Counted from the stretch's first letter, positions 9,630 to 19,378 are shown. The stretch: DNA of 64,000 nt from an uncultured Thermoplasmata archaeon (GCA_963730815.1 CAVSTD010000001.1:211941-275940); one strand, 5' to 3'. Program-made: numbers and translations. The notes: generated from the sequence alone by a model not told the origin.

Positions 9630-11352
9630 CCGAACCCGGACGGGTCGAGCTTCCCTCGTTCATGCCGGCGAGCCAGCTCGCGGCGGAGACCCGAGAAGGG
9701 TTCCGGGCCGCCCGGATGTTCCGGGCGTCTACCTCTTCCGCTCGGCCCGCGGCGAGGTCGTGTACGTCGGGAAGGCGCGCAGCCTCCGGCGTCGTGTCCT
9801 CGACCATCTTCGGGCGCGCATCGAGAAGGACGGAACGATCCTCGCGCAGAGCGCGAGCGTGGAATTCGTGCCCACCTCCACCGAGCGCGAAGCGCTCCTG
9901 CTGGAAGCGAACCTCGTCAAGCAGTACCAGCCGCCGTACAACGTTCTCCTGAAGGACGACCGCAGCTACCCGTACCTCGCGGTCACGGTCGGGGAAGAGG
10001 TGCCCCGGATCCTCCTCGTCCGCCGACCGCGTCGCCGTTCGGGAGTCCTCCTCTTCGGTCCGTACACCAGCGCGCGGGAGGCCCGAGGGGTCGAGAAGCT
10101 CCTCGGCGACCTCTTCCAGCTGCGCCGCTGCGTTCGTCTTCCCAAGCAGGCGTGCCTCTACTACCACCTCAAGGTCTGCAGCGCGCCCTGCATCGGGGCG
10201 ATCGGACGCGACGAGTACCGGGCGAGCATCGACCGAGCCACCCAGGTCCTCCGCGGCGAGGTCGCGCTCGTCCGGCCGCTCGTAGAGACCGAGATGCGGC
10301 GCGCCTCCGAGCGAGAGGAGTTCGAACGGGCCGCGATGCTGCGGGACGCCCTCGCCGGTCTCGGCGCGCTTTCCGAGCGGCAGTCGGTCGTGGGGTCGGG
10401 CAGCGGCCGCGCGGACGTGCTCGCGCTCGCCTACCCGAACGACCCGTCGACGCTGCGCGTCGCCGTCGGACTGCTTCGAGTGGAGGACGGCGAGGTCCGA
10501 AGGACGGAGCCGCACCTCGTCACGATCCCGGCCGACGACGTTCCCGAGCCGGGGGAGATCCTGCGCCAGTTCCTGACCCAGTACTACGGGGCGCAATTCG
10601 AGCTCCCCGACCGGATCTACATTGCGGCGCCCCGCCCGGCGGGGATCGATGCTACGCTCGACGAACTGTTCGCCCCCCGGGGCGTGGAGGTCCACTTCCG
10701 CCCGACCGGTCGCTACGCATCGCTCGGTCGCCTCGCGGAACGGCTCGCCCGGGCCACCGTGGACCAGGTCGTGGCCCGGCCGGCTCCGCGGGAGGTGCTT
10801 CTCGCCGTTCAGAGCCTTCTCGAGTTGCCCACGATCCCGAACTGGATCGAGGGAGTGGACATCTCGATCTTCCAGGGGTCGGAAGCGGTGGGTTCGGTGG
10901 TCGTGTTCGAACGGGGGCTCGCGAAGCGGTCCGAGTATCGCCGGTACCGGATCCGTTCGGTCGAGGGTACGAACGACTTCGCGATGGTGGCGGAGGTCGT
11001 CTCCCGACGGTTCGCCCGCCGGCTCGCCGAGAACGAGGTCCTCCCGGACCTATTGCTCATCGACGGCGGAGCCGGTCAGCTCTCGGCGGCCGAGCAGGCG
11101 CTCGGCGGGCTCGGTCTCGCGGACCGGATCCCGACGATCGGCCTCGCCAAGCGCGAAGAGGAGGTCTATCGCACCGACCGCGCGGAGCCGATGCACCCGA
11201 ACCCGAACGCCGCCCCGATGCTGCTGCTGCGAGCGGTGCGCGACGAAGCGCACCGCTTCGCCGTTACGTATCACCGCACGAGACGCCGGATGCGCCTGCG
11301 CGGGGAGTTCGAAGCCGCGGCTGGGAAGCGGCCGGTCCTCACGAAATCCTAG
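9626..11352 (+). CDS. uvrC: excinuclease ABC subunit C (UvrC); N-terminal frame break as assembled and no C-terminal (HhH)2 domain
   Basis: ATG 9626 overlaps the uvrA stop (ATGA). The GIY-YIG strand PGVYLFRSARGEVVYVGKARSL lies in the frame of ORF 9760.. with no in-frame start upstream. A 1-nt shift near 9709-9715 joins MTEPGRVELPSF...REGFRAA to PDVPGVYLF. The UvrC core and RNase H-like endonuclease domain (DEAHRFAVTYHR) are present. The ORF stops about 30 aa later. Confidence 0.85.
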
Positions 11353-11891
11353 GCCCGACGCCGCCGCCGGGCCGGCGGCCGGCGCACGTCGATCCAGGTC
11401 ATCTCGGGCGGCTTCCGCTCGTCCTGCCAGAGAGCGCCGATGATCTCGCCCAAGTGGTGCGCCTCTTCCATCGTCGTCTGGAGGAGCGCGTCCCGGACGG
11501 TGTAGCGGCCGGGCATCCAGAAGACGCTCAGACGACGGGCCAGGGAACGAGGGGTCAGGCTTCTCACCGTCGCGTCGACGCCCGACCAGACCCGCTTCGA
11601 GTATTCGTCGAACCCTTTCCAATTCTTCGGGTGGCGACGCGCATCGTCAAAGAGCGCTCCGAGTTCCTTTTCCGAGTTGCGGCCGCGGACGATGTAGACG
11701 AGCCAGACCTCCTGCACGTTGAGGACGTGCACGAGGGTGTCGAACAACGACTCGTGGCCGATCCCCCGTCGACGCGTGGCCTGCTTGCCCGGAAGGTTTC
11801 GGACGCGCCGGGCGAATCGATCGAACACCGCCCGGTTGTATTCGACGAGCGCTTGCGCATCCGGAGGGGAGAAGCCGAGCGGACGCGACAT
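11349..11891 (-). CDS. DinB-superfamily (four-helix bundle, metal-binding) protein
   Basis: 180 aa with His-containing helices (HESLFDTLVHVLNVQEVW ... MEEAHHLGEIIGAL) typical of DinB/YfiT-like proteins. Convergent with uvrC, overlapping it by 4 nt. Confidence 0.5.
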   Translation of the reverse strand: MSRPLGFSPPDAQALVEYNRAVFDRFARRVRNLPGKQATRRRGIGHESLFDTLVHVLNVQEVWLVYIVRGRNSEKELGALFDDARRHPKNWKGFDEYSKRVWSGVDATVRSLTPRSLARRLSVFWMPGRYTVRDALLQTTMEEAHHLGEIIGALWQDERKPPEMTWIDVRRPPARRRRRA

Positions 11892-11947
11892 CGGTTCCGG
11901 ACCCCGCCCGAGGACTTAGGCCCTTTCGCGTCAGGTCGGAATCGGGT

Positions 11948-12706
11948 CTAGCGCGACGACGAGCGGCGTTCGGGTGCGCCGATGAACGGCATTCCCTGCA
12001 CGCGGCGGGCAACCTCACCGACGGGCAGGCGACGCAGGTCGGTGTCAGGTTCGAGGATCGCGACGTCGAGCGCCTCGGCCTGGAATGGAGTGGGCGAACC
12101 CTCGGCCACGGCCTGGACGGCGAGCTTGAACGCCGACTCTTCGGACGAGTGGTCGGGGAGCTTCTCTTCGAGGAAGTCGGCGACGGCGCGTCGGTTCCGA
12201 CCGATCGCGTACGCCTTCCACCCGATCGTGGCACCGCTGGGGTCGAGCTCGACAAGCCCCGGAGATTTCCCGTCGAAGCCGCCGAGAAGGAGAGAGACCG
12301 CGAAGGGGCGAGTGCCGCCGAATTGCGTGTACTGCTGCAGCAGCGTGCCGAGCGCGTGGCCGAGCAGCGTGAACGGAGGAGCTTCCCCGTAGGTCAGGCG
12401 GTGGCGTTGTGCCTCCACGCGGAGGAATTCGACCAGGACACGAGAGTCGGCGATGAGGCCGGCCGTGACACATCCGAGCCCCTTGTCGATCGCGAAGCTC
12501 TTCTCGATCGACCCGGCCTCGGCGAGCGAGCTCACCGGTAGATTGCGGTAGGCGACGAAGACGATCCCCGTATCGTAGGTCACCGCGACCGCCGTACCCC
12601 CCATCTGGATCGCCTGGAGAGCGTATTCGACCTGGAACAGTCGTCCGTCCGGCGAGAACACCGTGCTGGCCCGGTCGTACGCCATCTGGCCCGGTTGCAT
12701 TTCCAT
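11948..12706 (-). CDS. psmA: proteasome subunit alpha
   Basis: MEMQPGQMAYDRASTVFSPDGRLFQVEYALQAI is the canonical archaeal alpha-subunit N-terminus. The track ORF (to 12991) has a 95-codon non-coding-looking extension, so I chose the start at ATG 12706 (or 12700). Confidence 0.92.
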   Translation of the reverse strand: MEMQPGQMAYDRASTVFSPDGRLFQVEYALQAIQMGGTAVAVTYDTGIVFVAYRNLPVSSLAEAGSIEKSFAIDKGLGCVTAGLIADSRVLVEFLRVEAQRHRLTYGEAPPFTLLGHALGTLLQQYTQFGGTRPFAVSLLLGGFDGKSPGLVELDPSGATIGWKAYAIGRNRRAVADFLEEKLPDHSSEESAFKLAVQAVAEGSPTPFQAEALDVAILEPDTDLRRLPVGEVARRVQGMPFIGAPERRSSSR

Positions 12707-12899
12707 CGGCGACGTTCCTCCGCGAGTGGCGGCGCTGAATCGGGTGGGGGATTTGAGCCTACGCCCTCGCCCTCCCTTGGCCCCACTTGGTGGCGCGAGG
12801 TCACCACGGGAACCGAGCGTCGCTGGCCCGAGAAGCCCGGAACGAGCCCTCGGAAGGAGCGAGAAACCCTTATCGCCCGCAGGCCGGCTCTGCTCGTCG

Positions 12900-14039
12900 A
12901 TGGACCCGGGCGGACTCCACCTGCTTCCGATGGCCTCGAGCCACCGCGGCGCACTCTCTCCGGCGTGCACGCAGTGCGCGGAGGGGCGCAAGATGGTCCT
13001 GTTCGTTTCGGGGCTCTGTCGCTTCCGGTGTTTCTACTGCCCCGTCTCGCCCGCCCGCAATCAGTTGGACGTGGTGTATGCGAACGAGCGCCGCGTCCGC
13101 TCGGATGCGGACGTCCTTGAGGAAGCGCGCGCCATCGGCGCCGCCGGCACGGGGATCACGGGCGGGGACCCGCTCGGGGTCGTCGATCGAGCGGAACACT
13201 ACATCCGCCTCCTCAAGGGCGAATTCGGTACCGACCACCACATCCACCTGTACACCCACGAACCGAATGCCGAGAAGCTCGCGCGGCTCGCCGGCGCCGG
13301 GCTCGATGAGTTCCGGTTGCACATCCCGCACTACCTGTGGGGCCCGCTTTCGAGCGAAGGCGGAGCCTACCGTGCGGTGCTCGAGGCCGCCCCCGACTGG
13401 GGAATCCGTCGGGGCGTGGAGATCCCGGTCCTGCCCGAGAAGGAGGCCGAACTGCGCCGCCTCCTGCGAGCGCTGGACACTATAGGGGTAGATTTCGTCA
13501 ACCTCAACGAGCTCGAGTTCTCCGAGACGAACGAGGAGAAGATGCGCGAACGCGGCTACCGGGTCGACCCGCGCAACGGTTGGGGAGTGCGCGGGAGCAG
13601 GGCCGTGGCCGAGCGCCTGGTGCGCGAGCTCTCCTTGTCCGTCCCGGTGCATTACTGTTCGTCCCGATTCAAGGACGGCGTTCAGCTCCGGCAGCGACTG
13701 CTCCGCCGCGCCGAGAGGACCGCGCCCTCGTTCGCGGCGCGCACCGACGATGGGACCGTGATCCTCGGCATCGTGGAAGCGGAGGGCGACGACGATTTCG
13801 GCGGATGGTCGGGACGGGTGGCCCGGAAGCTCGGGGCCGTGGCGGGCGACTACCGTTTCGACGCAGAGCGCCGGCGCGTAGAACTGTCGCCCTTTGCCTT
13901 ACGGCGGGCCGCGCGCCGTCTGCCGTGGGCGGCATTCGAAGTGGAAGTGTACCCGACCGCGGACGCTCTCGAGGTCGAACGGACGCCGCTCAACGCCGCG
14001 GCCCGCTCCAAGGCAGGGCTCGCCTTCGGGGGAACGTAG
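12900..14039 (+). CDS. radical SAM protein (PflA-related, uncharacterised subfamily)
   Basis: CxxxCxxC cluster motif GLCRFRCFYCPV, a GGDPL glycine-rich SAM motif, and TIM-barrel-like length. The start is chosen at the internal ATG 12900 (MDPGGLHLL), because the upstream part overlaps psmA in antisense. Confidence 0.75.
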   Translation: MDPGGLHLLPMASSHRGALSPACTQCAEGRKMVLFVSGLCRFRCFYCPVSPARNQLDVVYANERRVRSDADVLEEARAIGAAGTGITGGDPLGVVDRAEHYIRLLKGEFGTDHHIHLYTHEPNAEKLARLAGAGLDEFRLHIPHYLWGPLSSEGGAYRAVLEAAPDWGIRRGVEIPVLPEKEAELRRLLRALDTIGVDFVNLNELEFSETNEEKMRERGYRVDPRNGWGVRGSRAVAERLVRELSLSVPVHYCSSRFKDGVQLRQRLLRRAERTAPSFAARTDDGTVILGIVEAEGDDDFGGWSGRVARKLGAVAGDYRFDAERRRVELSPFALRRAARRLPWAAFEVEVYPTADALEVERTPLNAAARSKAGLAFGGT

Positions 14040-14208
14040 CCCTCGTCGCACTCGTGCCCTCCCCAGGTGAGATACCGCTCGTCCCCCCGGCGGTTCTTGA
14101 TCGAGCACGGACCCCAGCCATCGTCCTCGGCTCCGTACCACATCGGGCAATCGCGGCAATGCAGCGGCACCACCGCGCGAGCGCGGGAACTCCGGGAAGC
14201 CGATGGGC

Positions 14209-15099
14209 TCAACTCGACCCCTCCGCTCTCAACCGTCGCTGCGCCTCGAGCGTGCCGGACATCAGCTGGGCGACGGTCACGGGGCCGACACCTCCCGGCA
14301 CTGGCGTCACACCGCCGGCCCACCCATCGAGGTTCTCGAAATCCGCGTCCCCCACCATCCTCGTTCCCCCCGGGCGCGCCGGGTCGGGGACGGTGGAAAT
14401 GCCGACGTCGACCACGAACGCCCCCTCGGGGACCGTCTCGCGGTTCAGCAGGCCCGGTCGGCCGACGCACGAGAAGATCGTTCGGGCGCTCCCGAGGGCT
14501 CCGCGCAGGTCCCGGCTCCTCGAGTGAACGACGGTGACCGTGGCGTTGAGACCCGTGTTCTTCCCGGCCAGCAGGAGGGCGAGCGGAAGACCGACAGTCT
14601 CGGACCGGCCGAGGACCGCGACCCGTTCTCCCTCGATGGGGAGTCGATAATGTCGGGCGATCGCGACCGCAGCCAGCGCCACCGCCGGCACGTGGACCGG
14701 GGATTGGGCGACCAGTCGGCCCAGGTTGTCCGTCCCCACCCCGTCGACGTCCTTGGCCGGTCGGAGGGTCGCGATCGCTCGGTAGAAATCGAACGGGGGC
14801 GGCAGCGGATGCTCGAGCAGGACCGCGTGGACCTTCGAGTCGCGGTCGAGGGCGGTGAGACGCTCGGTCAATTCCCGAGGGCCGTCCTCCGGCCGCAGCG
14901 ACTCATCGAGGAACGAGATACCGAGGGCGGTCGCCGCCTTGGCCTGCCGCTTTAGGTAGTAGCGGAACGGACTGTCCACGCCCCGATGCACGCTCGCGAG
15001 GCAGGGAGGAGACGCGCCGGGAGGGAGCGAGCGAATGGCTTGTCGCGTGGTCTCATCGAGCGCTTCCGCGACCGGCTTTCCCTCGAGACGAACCGTCAT
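14209..15099 (-). CDS. folD: bifunctional methylenetetrahydrofolate dehydrogenase / methenyl-THF cyclohydrolase
   Basis: MTVRLEGKPVAEAL..., VLLEHPLPPPFD, VLGRSETVGLPLALLL, and C-terminal PGGVGPVTVAQLM are FolD hallmarks. The start is placed at ATG 15099. Confidence 0.9.
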   Translation of the reverse strand: MTVRLEGKPVAEALDETTRQAIRSLPPGASPPCLASVHRGVDSPFRYYLKRQAKAATALGISFLDESLRPEDGPRELTERLTALDRDSKVHAVLLEHPLPPPFDFYRAIATLRPAKDVDGVGTDNLGRLVAQSPVHVPAVALAAVAIARHYRLPIEGERVAVLGRSETVGLPLALLLAGKNTGLNATVTVVHSRSRDLRGALGSARTIFSCVGRPGLLNRETVPEGAFVVDVGISTVPDPARPGGTRMVGDADFENLDGWAGGVTPVPGGVGPVTVAQLMSGTLEAQRRLRAEGSS

Positions 15100-15227
15100 C
15101 GACCTTTCGCTCGGGGTCGAGTCCGGCGTCGTAGATAACGGCCGACCTCGGCGGGTCATGGACGTGGGCCGAAGGCGGATAACGGGCCGCGAAACTCGGT
15201 TACGTCAGTTTTACTGGCCCTAAGGGA

Positions 15228-15233
15228 TTTATA
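15228..15233 (+). promoter_or_regulatory. TATA box (TTTATA) upstream of lonB
   Basis: GGGATTTATATG is the only AT-rich element in the spacer. It overlaps the first ATG of the track ORF (15233) and sits 26 nt before the second ATG (15254). This argues for a leaderless mRNA starting at 15254. Confidence 0.4.
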
Positions 15234-15253
15234 TGCACCTCCCCTTCGATTGT

Positions 15254-17317
15254 ATGGCAGAACGGTTCTTGACCGAAGGGAGCCGCGACGCCACCATGGC
15301 AGAAGGAACGGAAGCACCGTCCACCGGAACCGCGGCCGAGGTCGCGCCGGGCAGTGAACTCGAACAGTGGGCCCGGACCCTCCCGTACACCTCGAGCGCG
15401 CAGGTCGAAGTCCCGCCCCGCCTGCTCGACCAGGTGATCGGCCAGGACGAGGCCGTCGAGGTCGCTCACAAGGCCGCGACCCAGAAGCGGCACATGCTGC
15501 TGATCGGGGACCCGGGAACGGGCAAGAGCATGCTGGCCCGGGCGATGGTGGACTTCCTCCCGAAGGAACAGCTGCAAGACATCCTGGCCTACTCGAACAG
15601 CGAGGACGCGAACGAGCCGAAGATCCGGGTCGTTCCCGCGGGCAAGGGAAAGGAGATCGTCGCGGCCCAGAAGCTCGAGGCCGCGCAGAAGAAGGAGCAG
15701 CGGACGATCCTGTTCGTCGTCATCGCGCTGGTCGTGGTCGCGCTGACCCTGTACATCGTGATCACGACGAAGGACCTGACCGCGCTGTTGGTCGGGCTTC
15801 TCATCGTGTTCATCATCTACGCGCTCGTCCGTTTCTCGGGCGGCCGGAGCGATACGGGCAACGCCGTCGCGAAGCTGCTCGTCACTCACTCGCCCGACGA
15901 CAAGCCTCCGTTCGTGGACGCGACGGGCGCCCATGCCGGAGCCCTGCTCGGGGACGTCAAACACGACCCGTTCCAGTCCGGCGGTCTCGAAACCCCGCCG
16001 CACGAACGTGTCGAAGTCGGAGCGATCCACAAGGCGAACGGCGGTGTCCTGTTCCTGGACGAGATCAACCTACTCAAGATCGAGAGCCAGCACTCGTTGC
16101 TGACCGCGCTCCAGGAGCGGAAATTCTCGATCGTGGGCCAATCCGAACGCTCCGCGGGAGCGATGGTGAAGACCGAGCCGGTTCCCGCCGACTTCGTCCT
16201 CGTGGCCGCGGGCAACGTCGACAGCGTCCAAACGATGCACCCGGCGCTGCGCTCGAGAATTCGAGGCTACGGCTACGAAGTGTATGTCAAGACCACGATG
16301 CCGGACACGTCCGAGAACCGGATGAAACTCGTCCGATTCGTCGCCCAGGAAGTCGTGAAGGACAAGAAGATCCCGCACTTCGACATGGCGGCCATGGTCG
16401 AAGTGATCCACGAAGCCCAACGTCGCTCGGGGCGCTCCGGGCAGCTCACTCTGCGCCTTCGAGAGCTCGGAGGTCTCGTTCGGGTCGCCGGCGACATCGC
16501 GCTCTCCGATGGCGTCCCCACGGTCCATGCGGAACAGGTAGTGAAGGCGAAGCGGGCCGCCCGCTCGCTCGAACAGCAGATCGCCGACCGCTACATCGAG
16601 CGCCGCAAGGAGTACCACATGTTCACCACCAAGGGTTCGGCGGTGGGGGTCGTGAACGGGCTCGCGGCGATCAACGCCCAGTCGGGCATGGCCGAGTTCT
16701 CGGGCATCGTCCTTCCGATCGTGGCCGAGGTGACTCCGGCCCAGATGCGGAACGGCGGGGTCGTGGTCGCCACGGGGAAGCTCGGGGAGATCGCCAAGGA
16801 GGCCGTCCAGAACGTCAGTGCGCTCATCAAGAAGTACACGGGCGAGGACATCTCTCGCTACGACATTCACATCCAGTTCGTCGGGACCTCGGATGGGGTC
16901 GAAGGCGACAGCGCTTCCGTCTCGATCGCGACCGCGGTCATCAGCGCCCTGGAGGGAGTCCCCGTCGACCAATCGGTGGCGATGACCGGCTCCCTGTCCG
17001 TCCGGGGCCAGGTCCTCCCCGTGGGCGGCGTGACGGCGAAGGTCGAAGCCGCCGCGGACTCGGGGATCAAGACCGTCCTCGTTCCGGAGGAGAACCTCGA
17101 CGACCTCGTCCTCGAGACGAGGTATCGCGGCCAGGTCGAAGTGATCCCGGTCGCCACTCTGCGCGACGTGCTCAAGTATGCCCTGGTCGGCCAGGGCTCT
17201 CAGAAGGAGTCGCTGCTCGAACGCCTCTCTGCCATGGTCCGGGCCACGGGCCGGTCGTCGGACGAGGTCCCCGTACCCCCCACGTCGACCCCGACCGCGG
17301 GCCGGCCGTGTTCGTGA
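15254..17317 (+). CDS. lonB: archaeal membrane-bound ATP-dependent Lon protease (LonB)
   Basis: AAA+ Walker [15 protein letters not shown]. Two transmembrane helices are inserted in the ATPase domain ([19 protein letters not shown] / [15 protein letters not shown]). The C-terminal Lon protease domain has [16 protein letters not shown] (catalytic Ser region). Confidence 0.92.
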   Translation: MAERFLTEGSRDATMAEGTEAPSTGTAAEVAPGSELEQWARTLPYTSSAQVEVPPRLLDQVIGQDEAVEVAHKAATQKRHMLLIGDPGTGKSMLARAMVDFLPKEQLQDILAYSNSEDANEPKIRVVPAGKGKEIVAAQKLEAAQKKEQRTILFVVIALVVVALTLYIVITTKDLTALLVGLLIVFIIYALVRFSGGRSDTGNAVAKLLVTHSPDDKPPFVDATGAHAGALLGDVKHDPFQSGGLETPPHERVEVGAIHKANGGVLFLDEINLLKIESQHSLLTALQERKFSIVGQSERSAGAMVKTEPVPADFVLVAAGNVDSVQTMHPALRSRIRGYGYEVYVKTTMPDTSENRMKLVRFVAQEVVKDKKIPHFDMAAMVEVIHEAQRRSGRSGQLTLRLRELGGLVRVAGDIALSDGVPTVHAEQVVKAKRAARSLEQQIADRYIERRKEYHMFTTKGSAVGVVNGLAAINAQSGMAEFSGIVLPIVAEVTPAQMRNGGVVVATGKLGEIAKEAVQNVSALIKKYTGEDISRYDIHIQFVGTSDGVEGDSASVSIATAVISALEGVPVDQSVAMTGSLSVRGQVLPVGGVTAKVEAAADSGIKTVLVPEENLDDLVLETRYRGQVEVIPVATLRDVLKYALVGQGSQKESLLERLSAMVRATGRSSDEVPVPPTSTPTAGRPCS

Positions 17318-17553
17318 GAGGGACGTTCCGGGTCCCGGCGCATGGGCCGGCCGTCTCTCGACCGTTTCCGGCGCCTGCCGGCCCCGAGGACGAAGAGGAC
17401 CGGTTCGTCAACCGTCCGTGCTACGAGTTCAACGACGAGCTCCACATGGCCTGGAACGACAAGCACTGCGAACACTGCCGCCACTACCTGACGGCCCGGT
17501 GCCCGCACATCGACGAGTTCCTGGACGACGTGGAGGATTTGACCCCCGAGTGA
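17314..17553 (+). CDS. small Cys/His-rich protein (hypothetical, putative zinc-binding)
   Basis: This is the tail of the spurious track ORF 15367..17553. A GTG at 17314 overlaps the lonB stop (GTGA). The well-composed C-terminal half is [46 protein letters not shown], with C..CxxC..CxH ligands. The start codon is uncertain. Confidence 0.35.
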   Translation: MRGTFRVPAHGPAVSRPFPAPAGPEDEEDRFVNRPCYEFNDELHMAWNDKHCEHCRHYLTARCPHIDEFLDDVEDLTPE

Positions 17554-17566
17554 TATCGAGGGACCC

Positions 17567-18103
17567 GTGCGCGGCCTTCTCATCGGTCGATTCCAGCCGT
17601 TCCACGGCGGTCATCTCGAGGTGGTCCGGAAGATCCGGGCCGACCGGCCCGCCGCCTCCCTCGTCATCGGCCTCGGGAGCGCGGAGGAGTCGTACACCTG
17701 GGAGAATCCGTTCACGGCCGGCGAACGATTCGAGATGATCGACCGGGCCCTCGCCGAGGCGAAGGTGACCGGCGCCCTGATCGTGCCGATCGCGGACATC
17801 TCCCGCCACGCGCTCTGGGTGAACTATCTCGAGGCCCTTCTCCCTCCGTTCGACCGCGTGTACACGAACAACCCGCTCACGCGTCTCCTCTTCGAACGGT
17901 CCGGCTACTTGGTCGAAAGCCCGCCGCTGTTCGACCGCGAACGGTTCGAGGGCGTCCGGGTCCGCGAGCTGCTCGCGGACGGAGGCGAGTGGAAGAAGGC
18001 CGTCCCGCCCGCGGTCGGCGGCTACCTCGATGAGATCGGCGCGCCGGCGCGTCTCCAGGTCCTCAAGAAAGCCTCGGGCCGGTTCGGACGGGTCTACTCG
18101 TGA
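17567..18103 (+). CDS. nadM: nicotinamide-nucleotide adenylyltransferase (archaeal NMNAT)
   Basis: N-terminal RGLLIGRFQPFHGGHLEVV (the (H/T)xGH nucleotidyltransferase motif in the archaeal NMNAT context). About 178 aa. Confidence 0.85.
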   Translation: MRGLLIGRFQPFHGGHLEVVRKIRADRPAASLVIGLGSAEESYTWENPFTAGERFEMIDRALAEAKVTGALIVPIADISRHALWVNYLEALLPPFDRVYTNNPLTRLLFERSGYLVESPPLFDRERFEGVRVRELLADGGEWKKAVPPAVGGYLDEIGAPARLQVLKKASGRFGRVYS

Positions 18104-19329
18104 GCGACCGGTCCGAGTCGCAGGACCCCGGCCTCAAACCCCGACCCCGCTTCGACCCCCTACCCGAGTGGGTTGGACCGTCCACTCGCCTCGTGCACGG
18201 AGCGCGGCGGCCCGAGTACAACGCGGGCGCGGTCGTGCCCCCGATCTATCAGACGTCTACCTACCACTTCCCGGCCAGTTTCTCGGAGGCCGCCGACCGT
18301 GGCGGCGTCTACCTCTACAGCCGGCTCGCGAACCCCACCGTAGAGGTGCCGACCGAACTCCTCCGTCAGCTCGAAGGGGGCGAAGCGGCCCGGCTCTTTG
18401 GTTCGGGAATGGGCGCGGTCATGAGCGTGCTCCTGTCCCTGCTCAAATCCGGGGACGAGGTGGTGGCCCTGGACGTCCTCTACGGGGGCACCCTCGACGT
18501 CCTCACGGACCTATTCCCCGGATACGGAGTGTCGGTCCGATTCGTGAGCGAGCGCGAGGCGCGCGAGCCCGAAGCGGTCCTTACGTCGCGGACGCGGATC
18601 GCGTGGCTCGAAAGCCCTACGAACCCCCTCCTCACCGTGCACGACCTCGCCCGCTGGGGAAAAGCGTGCGACTCGGTCGGGGCCATCCTCGCGGTCGACA
18701 ATACCTTCGCGACGCCGATCAATCAGAATCCGATCGCTCTCGGGGCCGACCTGGTCGTGCACAGCGCCACCAAGTACCTCGGGGGTCACCACGACCTGGT
18801 CGCCGGCGCGGTCGTCGGGCCGGCCGACCTTCTGTCCCGCATCGACACGAAGGGGAACATCGGGGCTATGCTCGACCCGTTTGCCGCCTTCCTGCTCGGA
18901 AGGAGCCTGAAGACGCTCGCTCTGCGCGTCGCCCGGCAGAATGAGAACGGTCGCCGGGTGGCGGAGGCCCTCGCGACGCATCCTCTCGTCCGCAGAGTGT
19001 ACTACCCGGGCCGCGCGAGCGCGGAGGAAGAAGCGATCGCCTCGCGCCAGATGCGCGGTCGAGGAGGCATGGTCTCCGTGTCGCTCGCGGGCGGCGCCGA
19101 GGTCGCCGAACGGTTCCTGCGTCGCCTTCGCTTCGTCCACTCCGCGTCCAGTCTCGGCGGGGTGGAGAGTCTCGCGAGCGTCCCGGCCATCACGTCCCAC
19201 CGGCACCTCTCCGCCGAAGAACGGAAGGCTCGCGGGATGGACGACGGACTCGTGCGATTCTCACTGGGGATCGAGGACCCCGAGGACCTCGTCCGCGACA
19301 TGACCGAGGCGCTCGACTCGCTGCGGTGA
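18100..19329 (+). CDS. PLP-dependent Cys/Met metabolism enzyme (cystathionine gamma-synthase / beta- or gamma-lyase family)
   Basis: PLP-lysine motif HSATKYLGGHHD, plus NPT...ESPTNPLL and a C-terminal LGGVESL segment. The GTG start overlaps the upstream stop (GTGA). Confidence 0.85.
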   Translation: MSDRSESQDPGLKPRPRFDPLPEWVGPSTRLVHGARRPEYNAGAVVPPIYQTSTYHFPASFSEAADRGGVYLYSRLANPTVEVPTELLRQLEGGEAARLFGSGMGAVMSVLLSLLKSGDEVVALDVLYGGTLDVLTDLFPGYGVSVRFVSEREAREPEAVLTSRTRIAWLESPTNPLLTVHDLARWGKACDSVGAILAVDNTFATPINQNPIALGADLVVHSATKYLGGHHDLVAGAVVGPADLLSRIDTKGNIGAMLDPFAAFLLGRSLKTLALRVARQNENGRRVAEALATHPLVRRVYYPGRASAEEEAIASRQMRGRGGMVSVSLAGGAEVAERFLRRLRFVHSASSLGGVESLASVPAITSHRHLSAEERKARGMDDGLVRFSLGIEDPEDLVRDMTEALDSLR

Positions 19330-19344
19330 CCTCGCGGCGCCACC

Positions 19345-19350
19345 TTTATC
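19345..19350 (+). promoter_or_regulatory. TATA-like box (TTTATC) for tRNA-Thr
   Basis: CACCTTTATCGGG lies 29 nt upstream of the tRNA 5' end. Confidence 0.35.
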
Positions 19351-19378
19351 GGGCGATTCCCCTCGACCGGGAGTTTGT

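Noticed and set aside
9760-11352. GTG 9760 as the true uvrC start
   Set aside because: It would remove the first conserved strand (PGVYLF) of the GIY-YIG nuclease. That strand is present immediately upstream in the same frame, and an ATGA-coupled ATG exists at 9626.
15367-17313. Bulk of the 728-aa ORF overlapping lonB in another frame
   Set aside because: Arg/Gly/Pro junk. Only the last about 80 codons downstream of the lonB stop look like real coding sequence, and these are reported separately.
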